A stretch of 24,000 nucleotides of DNA from Stella humosa (GTDB lineage: Bacteria > Pseudomonadota > Alphaproteobacteria > ATCC43930 > Allostellaceae), in assembly GCF_006738645.1 (NCBI RefSeq), contig NZ_AP019700.1, positions 5,242,351 through 5,266,350 of the forward strand. The letters are read 5' to 3'. Positions within the stretch are counted from its first letter, which is position 1, and each line of letters opens with the position of its first letter. The notes beneath the pieces were generated by a model. That model was not told the DNA's origin and did no database searches. It saw nothing but the letters and a program-made list of their open reading frames with translations. The position numbers and the translations under genes were made by a program. Shown here in pieces: positions 1 through 8,126 of this stretch.

Positions 1-571
1 GCGCCTCGGCGATGCCGGGGGCGACGACGGCCAGCGAGGTGTTCTTCGAGGCCGCGATCGACTGGAAACTGTTCATGATGCCCCACACCGTGCCGAGCAG
101 GCCGATGAAGGGGGCCGTCGAGCCGACCGAGGCCAGGAACGACATGTACTTCTCCAGACGCTCCATCTCCCGGCTGGCGGCCACGCCCATCACCCGCTCG
201 ATCCGGTCCTGGAGGTTGCCGCGCATCGATTCCGTGGCGATCAGCCCGCGGGCGGCCGACCGGCGCCATTCCCGCATCGCCGAGGCGAACACGGTCGCCA
301 TCGGGTCGGCGGGCCGAGTGCCGACCCGGTCGTAGAGATCGTCGAGCGAGCCGCCGGACCAGAAGCTCTCCTCGAACTCGCGGGCCCGCGCATTCAGCCG
401 ACGCAGCCGGACCCACTTGTCGAAGATCACCGCCCAGCACCAGAACGACAGGACGAGCAGGATCAGCATGACGAACTTCACGATCATGTCGGCCTGGAGG
501 AACAACCCCCAGATCGACAGGTCGTGCGCCGACCCGCCCAGGGTCATGGCATCTACGGCACGGTTCTCCAT
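1..571 (-). CDS. tolQ: TolQ (MotA/TolQ/ExbB proton-channel family), 3' end truncated by window edge
   Basis: Absent from the ORF track because it runs off the window. Hand translation of the reverse strand gives MENRAVDAMTLGGSAHDLSIWGLFLQADMIVKFVMLILLVLSFWCWAVIFDKW...MSFLASVGSTAPFIGLLGTVWGIMNSFQSIAASKNTSLAVVAPGIAEA. It carries the TolQ/ExbB signature GLLGTVWGI and lies 17 nt downstream of ybgC, as in ybgC-tolQRA operons. Start is ATG 571, or the in-frame ATG 547. Confidence 0.85.
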   Translation of the reverse strand, partial: MENRAVDAMTLGGSAHDLSIWGLFLQADMIVKFVMLILLVLSFWCWAVIFDKWVRLRRLNARAREFEESFWSGGSLDDLYDRVGTRPADPMATVFASAMREWRRSAARGLIATESMRGNLQDRIERVMGVAASREMERLEKYMSFLASVGSTAPFIGLLGTVWGIMNSFQSIAASKNTSLAVVAPGIAEA

Positions 572-588
572 CAGACTATGGCTCGCAT

Positions 589-1065
589 TTACAGGGTTGA
601 TTGTGGCGTCACCAAGGCCTCCAGCGCCGTGCGCAGCACGGGCGGAAGCCGCGTCGCGCGGCCGTGGACACGGTCGATGCAGGCAAGCCTTACGGACAGG
701 CGGGCCAGTTCCTCGGGCGGGGTCCCGTCGGCCCGGCGCCAGACCGCCTGCATGAGGTCGAGACGCGCCGCGCCGACGTCGACCACGGTCGAGACGACCT
801 CCAGCCGGTCGTCGAGTCGCGCGGGCGAGAGGTAGTCGGCGGTGCAGCGGCGCACCGCCCACAGCACGCCCGCCTCGCCCATCAGGCGGCCATGCTCGGT
901 GCCGGCCGCCCGCATCATCTCGGTGCGGGCCCGCTCGGCGAACCGCAGATAGTTGGCGTAGTAGACGATGCCGGCCGCATCCGTGTCCTCGTAATAGACG
1001 CGGAGCGGGAAGGCATGCCGGCCGGCGTCGAGCCGGCCCGAGGTGGGTTGCTCAGCCACTGCCAA
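589..1065 (-). CDS. ybgC: YbgC-type acyl-CoA thioesterase (4HBT hotdog fold)
   Basis: ORF track 589..1065. Contains [34 protein letters not shown], typical of YbgC/4HBT, and sits between ruvB and tolQ. The only available starts are TTG 1065 or GTG 1059, both overlapping the ruvB 3' end. Confidence 0.85.
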   Translation of the reverse strand: MAVAEQPTSGRLDAGRHAFPLRVYYEDTDAAGIVYYANYLRFAERARTEMMRAAGTEHGRLMGEAGVLWAVRRCTADYLSPARLDDRLEVVSTVVDVGAARLDLMQAVWRRADGTPPEELARLSVRLACIDRVHGRATRLPPVLRTALEALVTPQSTL

Positions 1066-2104
1066 CCTCGTCGCTGGCCAGCAGGTCGAACTGGGTCGGC
1101 GGCACCGCGCGCGGCGGCAGGCCGAGATAGCCGTAGGTCTGGTTGGTGACCATGCGCCCGCGCGAGGTGCGCTGGAGGAACCCCTGCTGGATCAGGTAGG
1201 GCTCGATCACTTCCTCGATCACGTCGCGCTGCTCGGACAATGCCGCCGCCAGCGTCTCCACCCCGACCGGTCCGCCGGCATAGTTGTCGGCGATGCAGCG
1301 CAGGTAGCGCCGGTCCATCGCATCCAGCCCGCGCGCATCGACATCGAGCCGGCCCAGGGCGGCATCCGCCTCGGCCGCGCCGACGCGGCCGGTGCCGGCG
1401 ATCTCGGCGAAGTCGCGCACCCGGCGCAGCAGCCGGCCGGCGATGCGCGGCGTGCCCCGCGAGCGCCGCGCGATCTCCTCGGCCCCTTCCGGCGCCAGGT
1501 CGAAGCCCAGGATCCGGGCGCCGCGCTCGACGATGCCCTGCAACTCGTCCGGCTGGTAGAAGTCCAGGCGCAGCGGGATGCCGAAGCGATCGCGCAGCGG
1601 CGTCGTGATCAGCCCCGACCGGGTCGTGGCACCGACCAGGGTGAAGGGCGGCAGGTCGATCTTGACCGAGCGCGCCGCCGGCCCCTCGCCGATGATCAGG
1701 TCGAGCTGGAAATCCTCCATCGCCGGGTAGAGCACCTCCTCGACCGCGGGCGAGAGGCGATGGATCTCGTCGATGAAGAGGACGTCGCGCGGCTGCAGGT
1801 TGGTCAGCAGCGCCGCCAGGTCGCCGGCGCGCAGGATGACCGGGCCGGACGTGGCGCGGAAGCCGACGCCCAGTTCGCGGGCAACGATCTGGGCCAGGGT
1901 CGTCTTGCCCAGCCCGGGCGGCCCGAAGAACAGCACATGGTCGAGCGACTCGCCGCGGCCGCGCGCGGCATCGATGAAGACGCGCAGGTTGTCGCGCACC
2001 CCGCGCTGGCCGACGAACTCCTCCAGGCTGAGCGGGCGGAACGACGCCTCGGGCGCGTCCTCCCCCTGCCGCTCGGGGGCCACGGGCCGGGCGATGCCAC
2101 TCAC
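1052..2104 (-). CDS. ruvB: Holliday junction branch migration helicase RuvB
   Basis: C-terminal 350 codons of ORF 1052..2509. Walker [23 protein letters not shown], and the typical N-terminal [13 protein letters not shown] place the start at GTG 2104, which overlaps the ruvA stop as GTGA. The 135-aa Arg/Gly-rich upstream extension overlaps ruvA in another frame and looks non-coding. Confidence 0.9.
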   Translation of the reverse strand: MSGIARPVAPERQGEDAPEASFRPLSLEEFVGQRGVRDNLRVFIDAARGRGESLDHVLFFGPPGLGKTTLAQIVARELGVGFRATSGPVILRAGDLAALLTNLQPRDVLFIDEIHRLSPAVEEVLYPAMEDFQLDLIIGEGPAARSVKIDLPPFTLVGATTRSGLITTPLRDRFGIPLRLDFYQPDELQGIVERGARILGFDLAPEGAEEIARRSRGTPRIAGRLLRRVRDFAEIAGTGRVGAAEADAALGRLDVDARGLDAMDRRYLRCIADNYAGGPVGVETLAAALSEQRDVIEEVIEPYLIQQGFLQRTSRGRMVTNQTYGYLGLPPRAVPPTQFDLLASDEVGSG

Positions 2105-2718
2105 TGTGCCAGCTCCGCCAGACCGCCGCGGATCAGTGCTTCGATCGGCGCGTCGACACCCAGCCGGCGCTGGACGCCGGCGACGGCGGCGAAGGCCTCG
2201 ATCCGGCGGTAGCCGAGATTGACCAGGGCCGAGACGGCATCTTCCGCCGCACCGGCGACGCGCGGCACGGCCGGGGCGGTGCCGCGGTCGCCATCCAGCG
2301 GCACGATCGCCGCCAGGCCGGTCGTCTTGTCGCGCAGTTCGTTGGCGATGCGGGCCGCCAGCTTCGGCCCGACGCCGTCGGCGCGCGCCAGCGCCGCCTT
2401 GTCCTGCAACGCGATCGCGGCCGCCAGTTCGCTCGGCCCCAGCACGGTCTGGATCGCCAGCGCCACCCGGCTGCCGACGCCCTGCACCGTCGTCAGCAGG
2501 CGAAACCACTCCCGCTCGGCGGCATCCAGGAAACCGTAGAGATGGATATGGTCCTCGCGGACATGGGTGATGACGGCCAGGCTCACCGGCTGCCCCAGGG
2601 GCGGCAACCGTCCCAGCGTCCGACCCGAGCAGTAGGCGAGATAGCCGACGCCGCCCACGTCGACGACGCAGGCATCGGTCTCGACCGAATCGAGGATGCC
2701 GGACAGCTTGGCGATCAT
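2101..2718 (-). CDS. ruvA: Holliday junction DNA-binding protein RuvA
   Basis: ORF 2101..2718, 205 aa. [12 protein letters not shown]...VDVGGVGY...LYGF...F..L..V.GVG.RVALAI is the canonical RuvA N-terminus with HhH motifs. Lies between ruvC and ruvB. Confidence 0.95.
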   Translation of the reverse strand: MIAKLSGILDSVETDACVVDVGGVGYLAYCSGRTLGRLPPLGQPVSLAVITHVREDHIHLYGFLDAAEREWFRLLTTVQGVGSRVALAIQTVLGPSELAAAIALQDKAALARADGVGPKLAARIANELRDKTTGLAAIVPLDGDRGTAPAVPRVAGAAEDAVSALVNLGYRRIEAFAAVAGVQRRLGVDAPIEALIRGGLAELAQ

Positions 2719-2731
2719 CGCGAAAGAGCGG

Positions 2732-3295
2732 TCAGGTCGCGGCGCGGGGCATCGGCACGCGCTGGCCGATGCCGGTGGCCGGCTTCAACCAGGCCCGCTG
2801 CGTCGCCCGGTGATGGGCGTGGCAGATGGCAACGGCCAGGGCATCGGCCGCGTCCGAGCGCGCCACCAGGCAGCCGGGCAGCAGCCGGCGGACCATCAGT
2901 TCCACCTGGTTCTTGTCGGCATGGCCGGCGCCGACCACAGACTTCTTGATCAGGTTGGCCGAATATTCGTGGACCGCGACGCCGCGCTCGGCCGGGGCCA
3001 GCAGGGCGATGCCGCGGGCATGGCCCAGCTTCAGGGTCGAGGCCGGGTTCTTGTTGACGAAGGTCTCTTCCACCGCCGCCTCGCCCGGCCCGAATTCGTC
3101 GATCACCGCACCCAAGCCGCGATAGAGCTCCACCAGCCGCTCGGCCAGGGACAGCCGCTCGTTGGACGAGATGGTGCCGTCGGCGACATGGCTGAGGCGG
3201 CTGCCGGCCACGTCGACCACGCCCCAGCCGGTGTGCCGCAAGCCCGGGTCGAGGCCGATCAGCCGCACCCGGTCGCTGTCGACCGAGCGCGCCAT
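2732..3295 (-). CDS. ruvC: Crossover junction endodeoxyribonuclease RuvC
   Basis: ORF 2732..3382, trimmed to ATG 3295 ([27 protein letters not shown]...). RuvC catalytic N-terminus IGLDPG and the C-terminal [14 protein letters not shown] motif. The upstream 29 codons are Arg-rich and run toward the yebC end. Confidence 0.9.
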   Translation of the reverse strand: MARSVDSDRVRLIGLDPGLRHTGWGVVDVAGSRLSHVADGTISSNERLSLAERLVELYRGLGAVIDEFGPGEAAVEETFVNKNPASTLKLGHARGIALLAPAERGVAVHEYSANLIKKSVVGAGHADKNQVELMVRRLLPGCLVARSDAADALAVAICHAHHRATQRAWLKPATGIGQRVPMPRAAT

Positions 3296-3332
3296 CGTGG
3301 CGCTGGCGGCGGGAGGGCGCCCCGGGGACAAG

Positions 3333-4082
3333 TCAGTCGCCCGTCCGGGCCATCGCCGTCTCGCTCGCCTCGAAGTTCGCATGGACGTTCTGCACGTCGT
3401 CGTTGTCGTCCAGCGTCTCGAGCAGCTTGAACAGCGTCACCGCGGTCTCGTCGTCGACCGGCGTCACGGTACGCGGCCGCCAGGCGAAGGCGGCACTCTC
3501 GGCCGGCCCCAGCTTGGCCTCCAGCGCCTCGCGCACGGCGTTGAGGGCGTCGGTCGCGCACAGGATGTCGTAGCCACCTTCATCCGACTCGACATCGTCG
3601 GCGCCGGCCTCGACCGCCTGCTCGAACAGCGTGTCGGCGTCGCCGGCCTTGGCGGGATAGCGTACCAGGCCCATACGGTCGAAGAGGAAGCCGACGCTGT
3701 TGGTCTCGCCCAGCGCGCCGCCATGCTTGGAAAAGGCCGACCGGACCTCGGCTGCGGTGCGGTTGCGGTTGTCGGTCAGGGCCTCGACGATGACCGCGAC
3801 GCCGCCCGGGCCATAGCCCTCGTAGCGGACTTCCTCGTAGTTGGTCCCGTCCTCGCCGCCGGCGCCGCGCTTGACCGCGCGCTCGATCGTGTCCTTGGGC
3901 ATGTTGGCGTCGCGCGCCGCGATCATCGCTGCCCGCAGGCGCGGATTGGACGCCGGGTCGGGCAGGCCGGTGCGCGCGGCAACGGTCAACTCGCGGATGA
4001 TCTTGGTGAAGACCTTGCCGCGCTTCTTATCCTGCGCACCCTTGCGGTGCATGATGTTCTTGAATTGGGAATGGCCCGCCAT
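3333..4082 (-). CDS. yebC: YebC/PmpR (TACO1) family DNA-binding regulator
   Basis: ORF 3333..4082, 249 aa. [37 protein letters not shown] is the invariant YebC N-terminus. Shows the classic yebC-ruvC linkage. Confidence 0.95.
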   Translation of the reverse strand: MAGHSQFKNIMHRKGAQDKKRGKVFTKIIRELTVAARTGLPDPASNPRLRAAMIAARDANMPKDTIERAVKRGAGGEDGTNYEEVRYEGYGPGGVAVIVEALTDNRNRTAAEVRSAFSKHGGALGETNSVGFLFDRMGLVRYPAKAGDADTLFEQAVEAGADDVESDEGGYDILCATDALNAVREALEAKLGPAESAAFAWRPRTVTPVDDETAVTLFKLLETLDDNDDVQNVHANFEASETAMARTGD

Positions 4083-4120
4083 GACGCTCTTCTAAGTCCA
4101 GGAAACAGCGTCCGGGTCTA

Positions 4121-4134
4121 TACCATATATGGTA
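4121..4134. promoter_or_regulatory. Perfect 14-bp AT-rich palindrome TACCATATATGGTA in the yebC/amidase divergent intergenic region (candidate operator or promoter element)
   Basis: Read directly: positions 4121-4134 equal their own reverse complement. It sits in the only AT-rich patch of this part of the window, 39 nt upstream of the yebC start codon (4082). Confidence 0.3.
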
Positions 4135-4291
4135 GACAAACGCCCAGATTCCGCGGGTTTCTACGTAGGGTTTATGGCTGAATTGAGGCGTGGGCGCACG
4201 CCATCAGGGGTTGCGCGACGCCGTGACGCGGGTAGCATCCGGGCCATCCCCAAGGCGCGATCGCGCCCGGCCCCGGAACCAAGGAACAGCA

Positions 4292-5725
4292 ATGCCACAC
4301 GCCGACGACGCCCTCGATCTGGATGCCATCGGCCAGGCCGACCTGGTGCGGCGCAAGGAGGTATCCCCGGCCGAGTTGGTGGAGGCCGCGATCGCCCGCA
4401 TCGAGCGCGTCAACCCGCAGGTGAATGCGGTCGTCATCAAGACCTACGAGCGGGCGCGGGCGGCGGCCGCCGGCCCGCTCGACGGCCCGTTCGCGGGCGT
4501 GCCGTTCCTGCTGAAGGACATCGCCTGCGAGGAGGAAGGGGTGCCGCTGCGCGGCGCCAGCACCTTCGGCGGCGACTATGTTCCGACAGCCGACAACGAG
4601 CTGGTCCGACGCTACCGTGCCGCCGGCCTGCTGTTCCTGGGTCATACCAACGCGCCCGAGCTGGGCATCGGCCCGACGACGGAGCCCCGCCTCTACGGCC
4701 CGGCCCGCAACCCGTGGGACCGCGAGCGGTCGACCGGAGGCTCCAGCGGCGGGGCGGCGGCGGCCGTGGCGACCGGCATGGTGGCGGCGGCCCACGGCAA
4801 CGATGCCGGCGGCTCGATCCGCATCCCGGCCGCCTGCTGCGGCCTGTTCGGCATGAAGCCGACACGGGCGCGCAACCCCGTGGCGCCGCATTTCGGCGAC
4901 ATCATCGTCGGCATCGCCGCCGACCATGTGCTGTCGCGCAGCGTGCGCGACAGTGCGGCCCTGCTCGACGTCACCGCCGGGCCGACGCTGGGCGACCCCT
5001 ACTGGGCCCCGCCGCTTGCCCGCGCCTTCGCCGAGGAGGTCGGCGCCGACCCCCGCCGGCTGCGCATCGCCTTCTCCACCCGCTCGCCGATCGGCACGCC
5101 GATCGACCCCGACTGCGTGCGCGCGACCGAGGAGACCGCCCGCCTGCTCGAATCGCTGGGCCACACGGTCGAGGAGGCCGACCCCGCCGTCGACGGCGAG
5201 GCGTTCTGGCGCGCCTTCACCGCGGTCATCGCCGCCGGTGTCGGCTGGGCGCTGGCCGGGCTGGAGCGGCGCGTCGGCCGCGAGGCGACGCCGGACGACC
5301 TGGAACCGTTCGTCTGGGGCTTCACCCGGCGCGCCCGCGAGCAGACGGCGCCGCAGTTCCTGCTGGCGCTGCAGGACATGCAGCGCCATGCCCGCGAGAT
5401 GGCGGGATTCTTCGTCGAGCATGACGTCTGGCTGACGCCGACGCTGGGATCGCCCGCGGTCCCGCTCGGCACCTTCTCGCTGCAGCAGGGCGGCGACGCC
5501 ATGGCGATGCGCCGGCAGATGAACGTGTTCGCGCCCTTCACCTGGATGTCGAACGCCAGCGGCCAGCCGGCGATGTCGGTGCCGGCCGGCTGGAACGAAG
5601 CCGGGCTGCCGCTATCGGACCATTTCGTCGGGCGCTTCGGCGACGAGGCGACGCTGTTCCGGCTGGCGGCGCAGATCGAAGCGGCGCGGCCCTGGGCCGG
5701 GCGGCGCCCGCCGATCCACGCCTAG
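4292..5725 (+). CDS. Amidase-signature (AS) family amidase
   Basis: ORF 4190..5725, trimmed to ATG 4292, which is preceded by AAGGAA at 4281-4286. AS motifs [14 protein letters not shown] and [23 protein letters not shown], plus the upstream PFLLKD Lys. Confidence 0.85.
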   Translation: MPHADDALDLDAIGQADLVRRKEVSPAELVEAAIARIERVNPQVNAVVIKTYERARAAAAGPLDGPFAGVPFLLKDIACEEEGVPLRGASTFGGDYVPTADNELVRRYRAAGLLFLGHTNAPELGIGPTTEPRLYGPARNPWDRERSTGGSSGGAAAAVATGMVAAAHGNDAGGSIRIPAACCGLFGMKPTRARNPVAPHFGDIIVGIAADHVLSRSVRDSAALLDVTAGPTLGDPYWAPPLARAFAEEVGADPRRLRIAFSTRSPIGTPIDPDCVRATEETARLLESLGHTVEEADPAVDGEAFWRAFTAVIAAGVGWALAGLERRVGREATPDDLEPFVWGFTRRAREQTAPQFLLALQDMQRHAREMAGFFVEHDVWLTPTLGSPAVPLGTFSLQQGGDAMAMRRQMNVFAPFTWMSNASGQPAMSVPAGWNEAGLPLSDHFVGRFGDEATLFRLAAQIEAARPWAGRRPPIHA

Positions 5726-5731
5726 AAGGGA

Positions 5732-6550
5732 TCAGTCGGGCGGGTGGCTTTGCATGAGCCGCCCGCCCAGCCGAACCGGCGCCACCGACAGCGCCAGGCC
5801 GGTGGCGTCGTCGGTGGCGACGAAGACGCCGCACATCGTTCCCTCGCCATCCGCCGGCGACAGGCGCTCGCCCGGCACCTTCTTCACGAAGCGGGCGACA
5901 GCGCCCTCCTTGCGCATGCCGATCACGGAATCATAGTCGCCGCACATGCCGGCATCGGTCTGGTAGGCGGTGCCGCGGGACAGGATCTGCGCATCGGCGG
6001 TCGGCACATGGGAATGGCTGCCGAAAACGGCCGAGACCCGCCCGTCCAGATGATGGCCCATGGCCATCTTCTCGCTGGTCGCCTCGCCATGCACGTCGAC
6101 CAGAATGGCGGCGGCCGCGCCCGCACCCATCGGATGGGCCGGCAGCAGGGCGTCGATCGCCGCGAAGGGGCAATCGAGCGGGTCCATGAAGAGGCGGGTC
6201 ATCAGGTTGGCCACGACCACGCGGCGCCCGTCGGCCAGGGTGAAGGCGGTCGCCCCCTGCCCCGGCGTGCCGGGCGGGTAGTTGGCCGGGCGCAGCAGGC
6301 GCGGCTCGGCAGCGAGCGTCGACACGATCTCGCGCTTGTCGAACAGATGGTTGCCGGTCGTGACGACATCGACGCCGGCCGCGAAGAACTCGCGGCAGAT
6401 CGCCTCGGTGATGCCGAAGCCGGCGGCGGCGTTCTCGCCATTCACCACCACGAAGTCGATCCCGTGGCGCCGGCGCAGGGCCGGCAGGCGGCTGGTCACC
6501 GCCTCGCGGCCGGAACGGCCGACCACGTCGCCGCAGAACAGCATCCGCAT
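5732..6550 (-). CDS. YmdB-like (TIGR00282-type) metallophosphoesterase
   Basis: ORF 5732..6766, trimmed to ATG 6550 (MRMLFCGDVVGRSGREAV...DFVVVNGENAAAGFGIT...TTGNH...DVHGEATSEKMAMGH...GSHSHVPTAD). This is a calcineurin-like metal-binding motif set in the YmdB arrangement. The upstream 72 codons overlap the preceding gene. Confidence 0.8.
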   Translation of the reverse strand: MRMLFCGDVVGRSGREAVTSRLPALRRRHGIDFVVVNGENAAAGFGITEAICREFFAAGVDVVTTGNHLFDKREIVSTLAAEPRLLRPANYPPGTPGQGATAFTLADGRRVVVANLMTRLFMDPLDCPFAAIDALLPAHPMGAGAAAAILVDVHGEATSEKMAMGHHLDGRVSAVFGSHSHVPTADAQILSRGTAYQTDAGMCGDYDSVIGMRKEGAVARFVKKVPGERLSPADGEGTMCGVFVATDDATGLALSVAPVRLGGRLMQSHPPD

Positions 6551-6557
6551 CGCCGGC

Positions 6558-7214
6558 TTAATCCCCCGCGGCAGCGGCCGGATAGAACGCGGCCTCGGTG
6601 ACGATGGCGTCCAGCCGGGCGTCGTGCGGGCCGGCCGGGACCCGGTCGCAGAACTGGCCGTCGAAGGCGACCCCGATCGCGCGGACGGTGCGGCGCGCGC
6701 GCAACCCGGCCAGGGTCCGGTCGTAGAAGCCGCCGCCATAGCCCATGCGCCGCCCGGCGGCGTCAAAGGCCAGGAGCGGCACCAGCAAGAGATCTGGCTC
6801 GGCCGCAGGCGCCTCTGGCAGCGGCTCGGAGAGGCCGAAGGGGCGCGCCCGCAGGGGATCGCCCGGCCGCCATTGCCGGAAGGTGAGCGGCAGCCCGCGA
6901 CGCGGCGTGACCGGCAGGCAGAGCGTGCAACCGGCCGCCGCCAGGCGCGCCATCAGCGGCCGCGGATCCATTTCCTCGCCGATCGGGAAATAGCCGGATA
7001 CCACGGTTTCAGGCGTCACGGCGGGGATGGCGGCGAGGAAGCGATCGGCCAGCCGATCGCCTGCATCGGGGCCGGCATGGCGTGCGGCGTCGGACCGGCG
7101 CAGGGTGGCGGCGACGCGGAAGGTCGCCTTCTCGTGCTCCAGGTCGGTATCGCGGTCAGCCGAAGGTGAGATGGCCGAAGATAAGGTGGACGGGGCCGCC
7201 TCGGCCGTAGGCAT
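6558..7214 (-). CDS. ygfA: 5-formyltetrahydrofolate cyclo-ligase
   Basis: ORF 6558..7268. C-terminal LLLVPLLAFDAAGRRMGYGGGFYDRTL is the MTHFS/5-FCL signature. The start is uncertain. GTG 7268 and ATG 7214 both lie inside the predicted 6S RNA, and no canonical start exists between 7184 and the conserved core (only CTG 7142 or ATC 7172). Confidence 0.75.
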   Translation of the reverse strand: MPTAEAAPSTLSSAISPSADRDTDLEHEKATFRVAATLRRSDAARHAGPDAGDRLADRFLAAIPAVTPETVVSGYFPIGEEMDPRPLMARLAAAGCTLCLPVTPRRGLPLTFRQWRPGDPLRARPFGLSEPLPEAPAAEPDLLLVPLLAFDAAGRRMGYGGGFYDRTLAGLRARRTVRAIGVAFDGQFCDRVPAGPHDARLDAIVTEAAFYPAAAAGD

Positions 7215-7351
7215 TGCTAAACCCTCCGTGGCCTGCGAACGCAGGTGGGCGCCATGTATCGCGACCACGGTCGCGACAGGGACAGCTCCCTAGAGGTTAT
7301 GAAAGGCCCCGGGGTGACAGCGTCCTGACGCACCAGGCAGCTCCGTCCACC
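7185..7351 (-). ncRNA. ssrS: Candidate 6S RNA
   Basis: It occupies the zapA to 5-FCL interval, the classical zapA-ssrS-ygfA synteny. The reverse-strand 167-nt sequence has a long closing stem. 5' GGUGGACGGAGCUGCCU (7351-7335) pairs with AGGCGGCCCCGUCCACC 3' (7201-7185): 15 Watson-Crick pairs, 1 G-U, 1 mismatch. Further helical segments and internal hairpins lie at 7259-7276 and 7232-7245. No covariance-model search was possible. Confidence 0.6.
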
Positions 7352-7358
7352 GCTATAG

Positions 7359-7685
7359 CTAAGCCTGCTCGAGCCTCGCGGCAATGGTCTCTACGCGTTG
7401 GGCGACAAGATCGAGCTCGCGGCCCAGCGTGTCGGCCGCCCCGCTCTGCCCCTCGGCGGCCCGTTTCAGGCGCGCGATCTCCTCGAAGGCCGACGCCAGT
7501 TCGTCGGCGATCAGCAGGCCGGCCATCAGGATCACGCGGGCCTCGCCGATCTGGCCGAGGTCGCCCGAAATCTGCGTCGCCTTCTGGTCGATATAGCCGG
7601 CGAGCCGGCGCAGGCGCTCTTCCTCGCCCGCACCGCAGGCGACACTGTAGGTGCGCCCGTTGATCGTCAGCGAGACGGACGGCAT
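7359..7685 (-). CDS. zapA: Cell division protein ZapA
   Basis: C-terminal 108 codons of ORF 7359..8342, from ATG 7685: MPSVSLTINGRTYSVACGAGEEERLRRLAGYIDQKATQI...ARVILMAGLLIADEL followed by a coiled coil. This is the ZapA fold signature. The long upstream extension is Arg/Gly/Pro-rich shadow sequence. Confidence 0.85.
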   Translation of the reverse strand: MPSVSLTINGRTYSVACGAGEEERLRRLAGYIDQKATQISGDLGQIGEARVILMAGLLIADELASAFEEIARLKRAAEGQSGAADTLGRELDLVAQRVETIAARLEQA

Positions 7686-7690
7686 GGCGC

Positions 7691-7966
7691 TCAGTGCGTC
7701 CGGTCGAGCGCGCCGCGGGTGCGCACGATGACGCTGTCGAGGCGGTGGGCGGCGGCATCCGTCGCCTGGCGCAGGGCGGCCTTCTCGGCCTCCATCTGCG
7801 CCAGCGCGCGCGCCAGCCGGTCGCGCTCCTCGGCCAGGGCCTTGCGCTCGGCCGTCAGCACCGGCACGCGGGCCGCCGCGGCTTCCAGCCGGTCGAGCGC
7901 CCGCTCCAGGCGGTCGCGGGCACGTTGCATGGTCGAGGGCGGAATCGGGATCGTCGGTGCGGCCAT
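7691..7966 (-). CDS. Small coiled-coil protein (DUF4164/ZauP-like, encoded directly upstream of zapA)
   Basis: ORF 7691..7966, 91 aa, with nearly continuous heptad-like helix (RARDRLERALDRLEAAAARVPVLTAERKALAEERDRLARALAQMEAEKAALRQA). Its stop lies 5 nt before the zapA start. The position matches the alphaproteobacterial ZapA partner ZauP. Alternative start at ATG 7930. Confidence 0.6.
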   Translation of the reverse strand: MAAPTIPIPPSTMQRARDRLERALDRLEAAAARVPVLTAERKALAEERDRLARALAQMEAEKAALRQATDAAAHRLDSVIVRTRGALDRTH

Positions 7967-8126
7967 GGATACAGTTGTAACGACCGGCTCGGCAGCGCGT
8001 CAATGAAGGTACCCGGGAAGGTGCCCGGAATGCGCCGCGGGGGCCGGGCCGGGGCAAATTCGCCACCGCGGTTGACGAGGGGGGGCTCCGGCGGCAAGTT
8101 GCGGGCCCTTTTCCCCCGGAAATCCG

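Noticed and set aside
1043-2212. 389-aa plus-strand ORF across the ruvB region
   Set aside because: Antisense shadow of ruvB. Arg/Ala/Gly/Pro-rich with no motif, and the opposite strand carries unmistakable RuvB motifs. Typical high-GC artefact.
2105-2509. 135-codon N-terminal extension of the ruvB ORF (the 485-aa version)
   Set aside because: Overlaps ruvA in another frame and is composed of Arg/Gly/Pro/Ala repeats. GTG 2104 gives a normal-length RuvB of about 350 aa and is coupled to the ruvA stop.
1-4082. ruvCAB physically fused to ybgC-tolQ as a novelty
   Set aside because: The overlap of ybgC with the ruvB 3' end is real, but I recall ruv-ybgC-tol adjacency as common alphaproteobacterial synteny. 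I treat it as ordinary.
4254-4267. Perfect 14-bp GC palindrome GGCGCGATCGCGCC upstream of the amidase gene
   Set aside because: Short GC palindromes arise frequently by chance in DNA this GC-rich. There is no flanking AT context or second copy to support function. I noted it but did not call it.
3296-4291. SOS (LexA) box controlling yebC-ruvCAB
   Set aside because: No GTTC-N7-GTTC or GAAC-N7-GAAC alphaproteobacterial SOS motif is present in the yebC upstream region or in the yebC-ruvC spacer.
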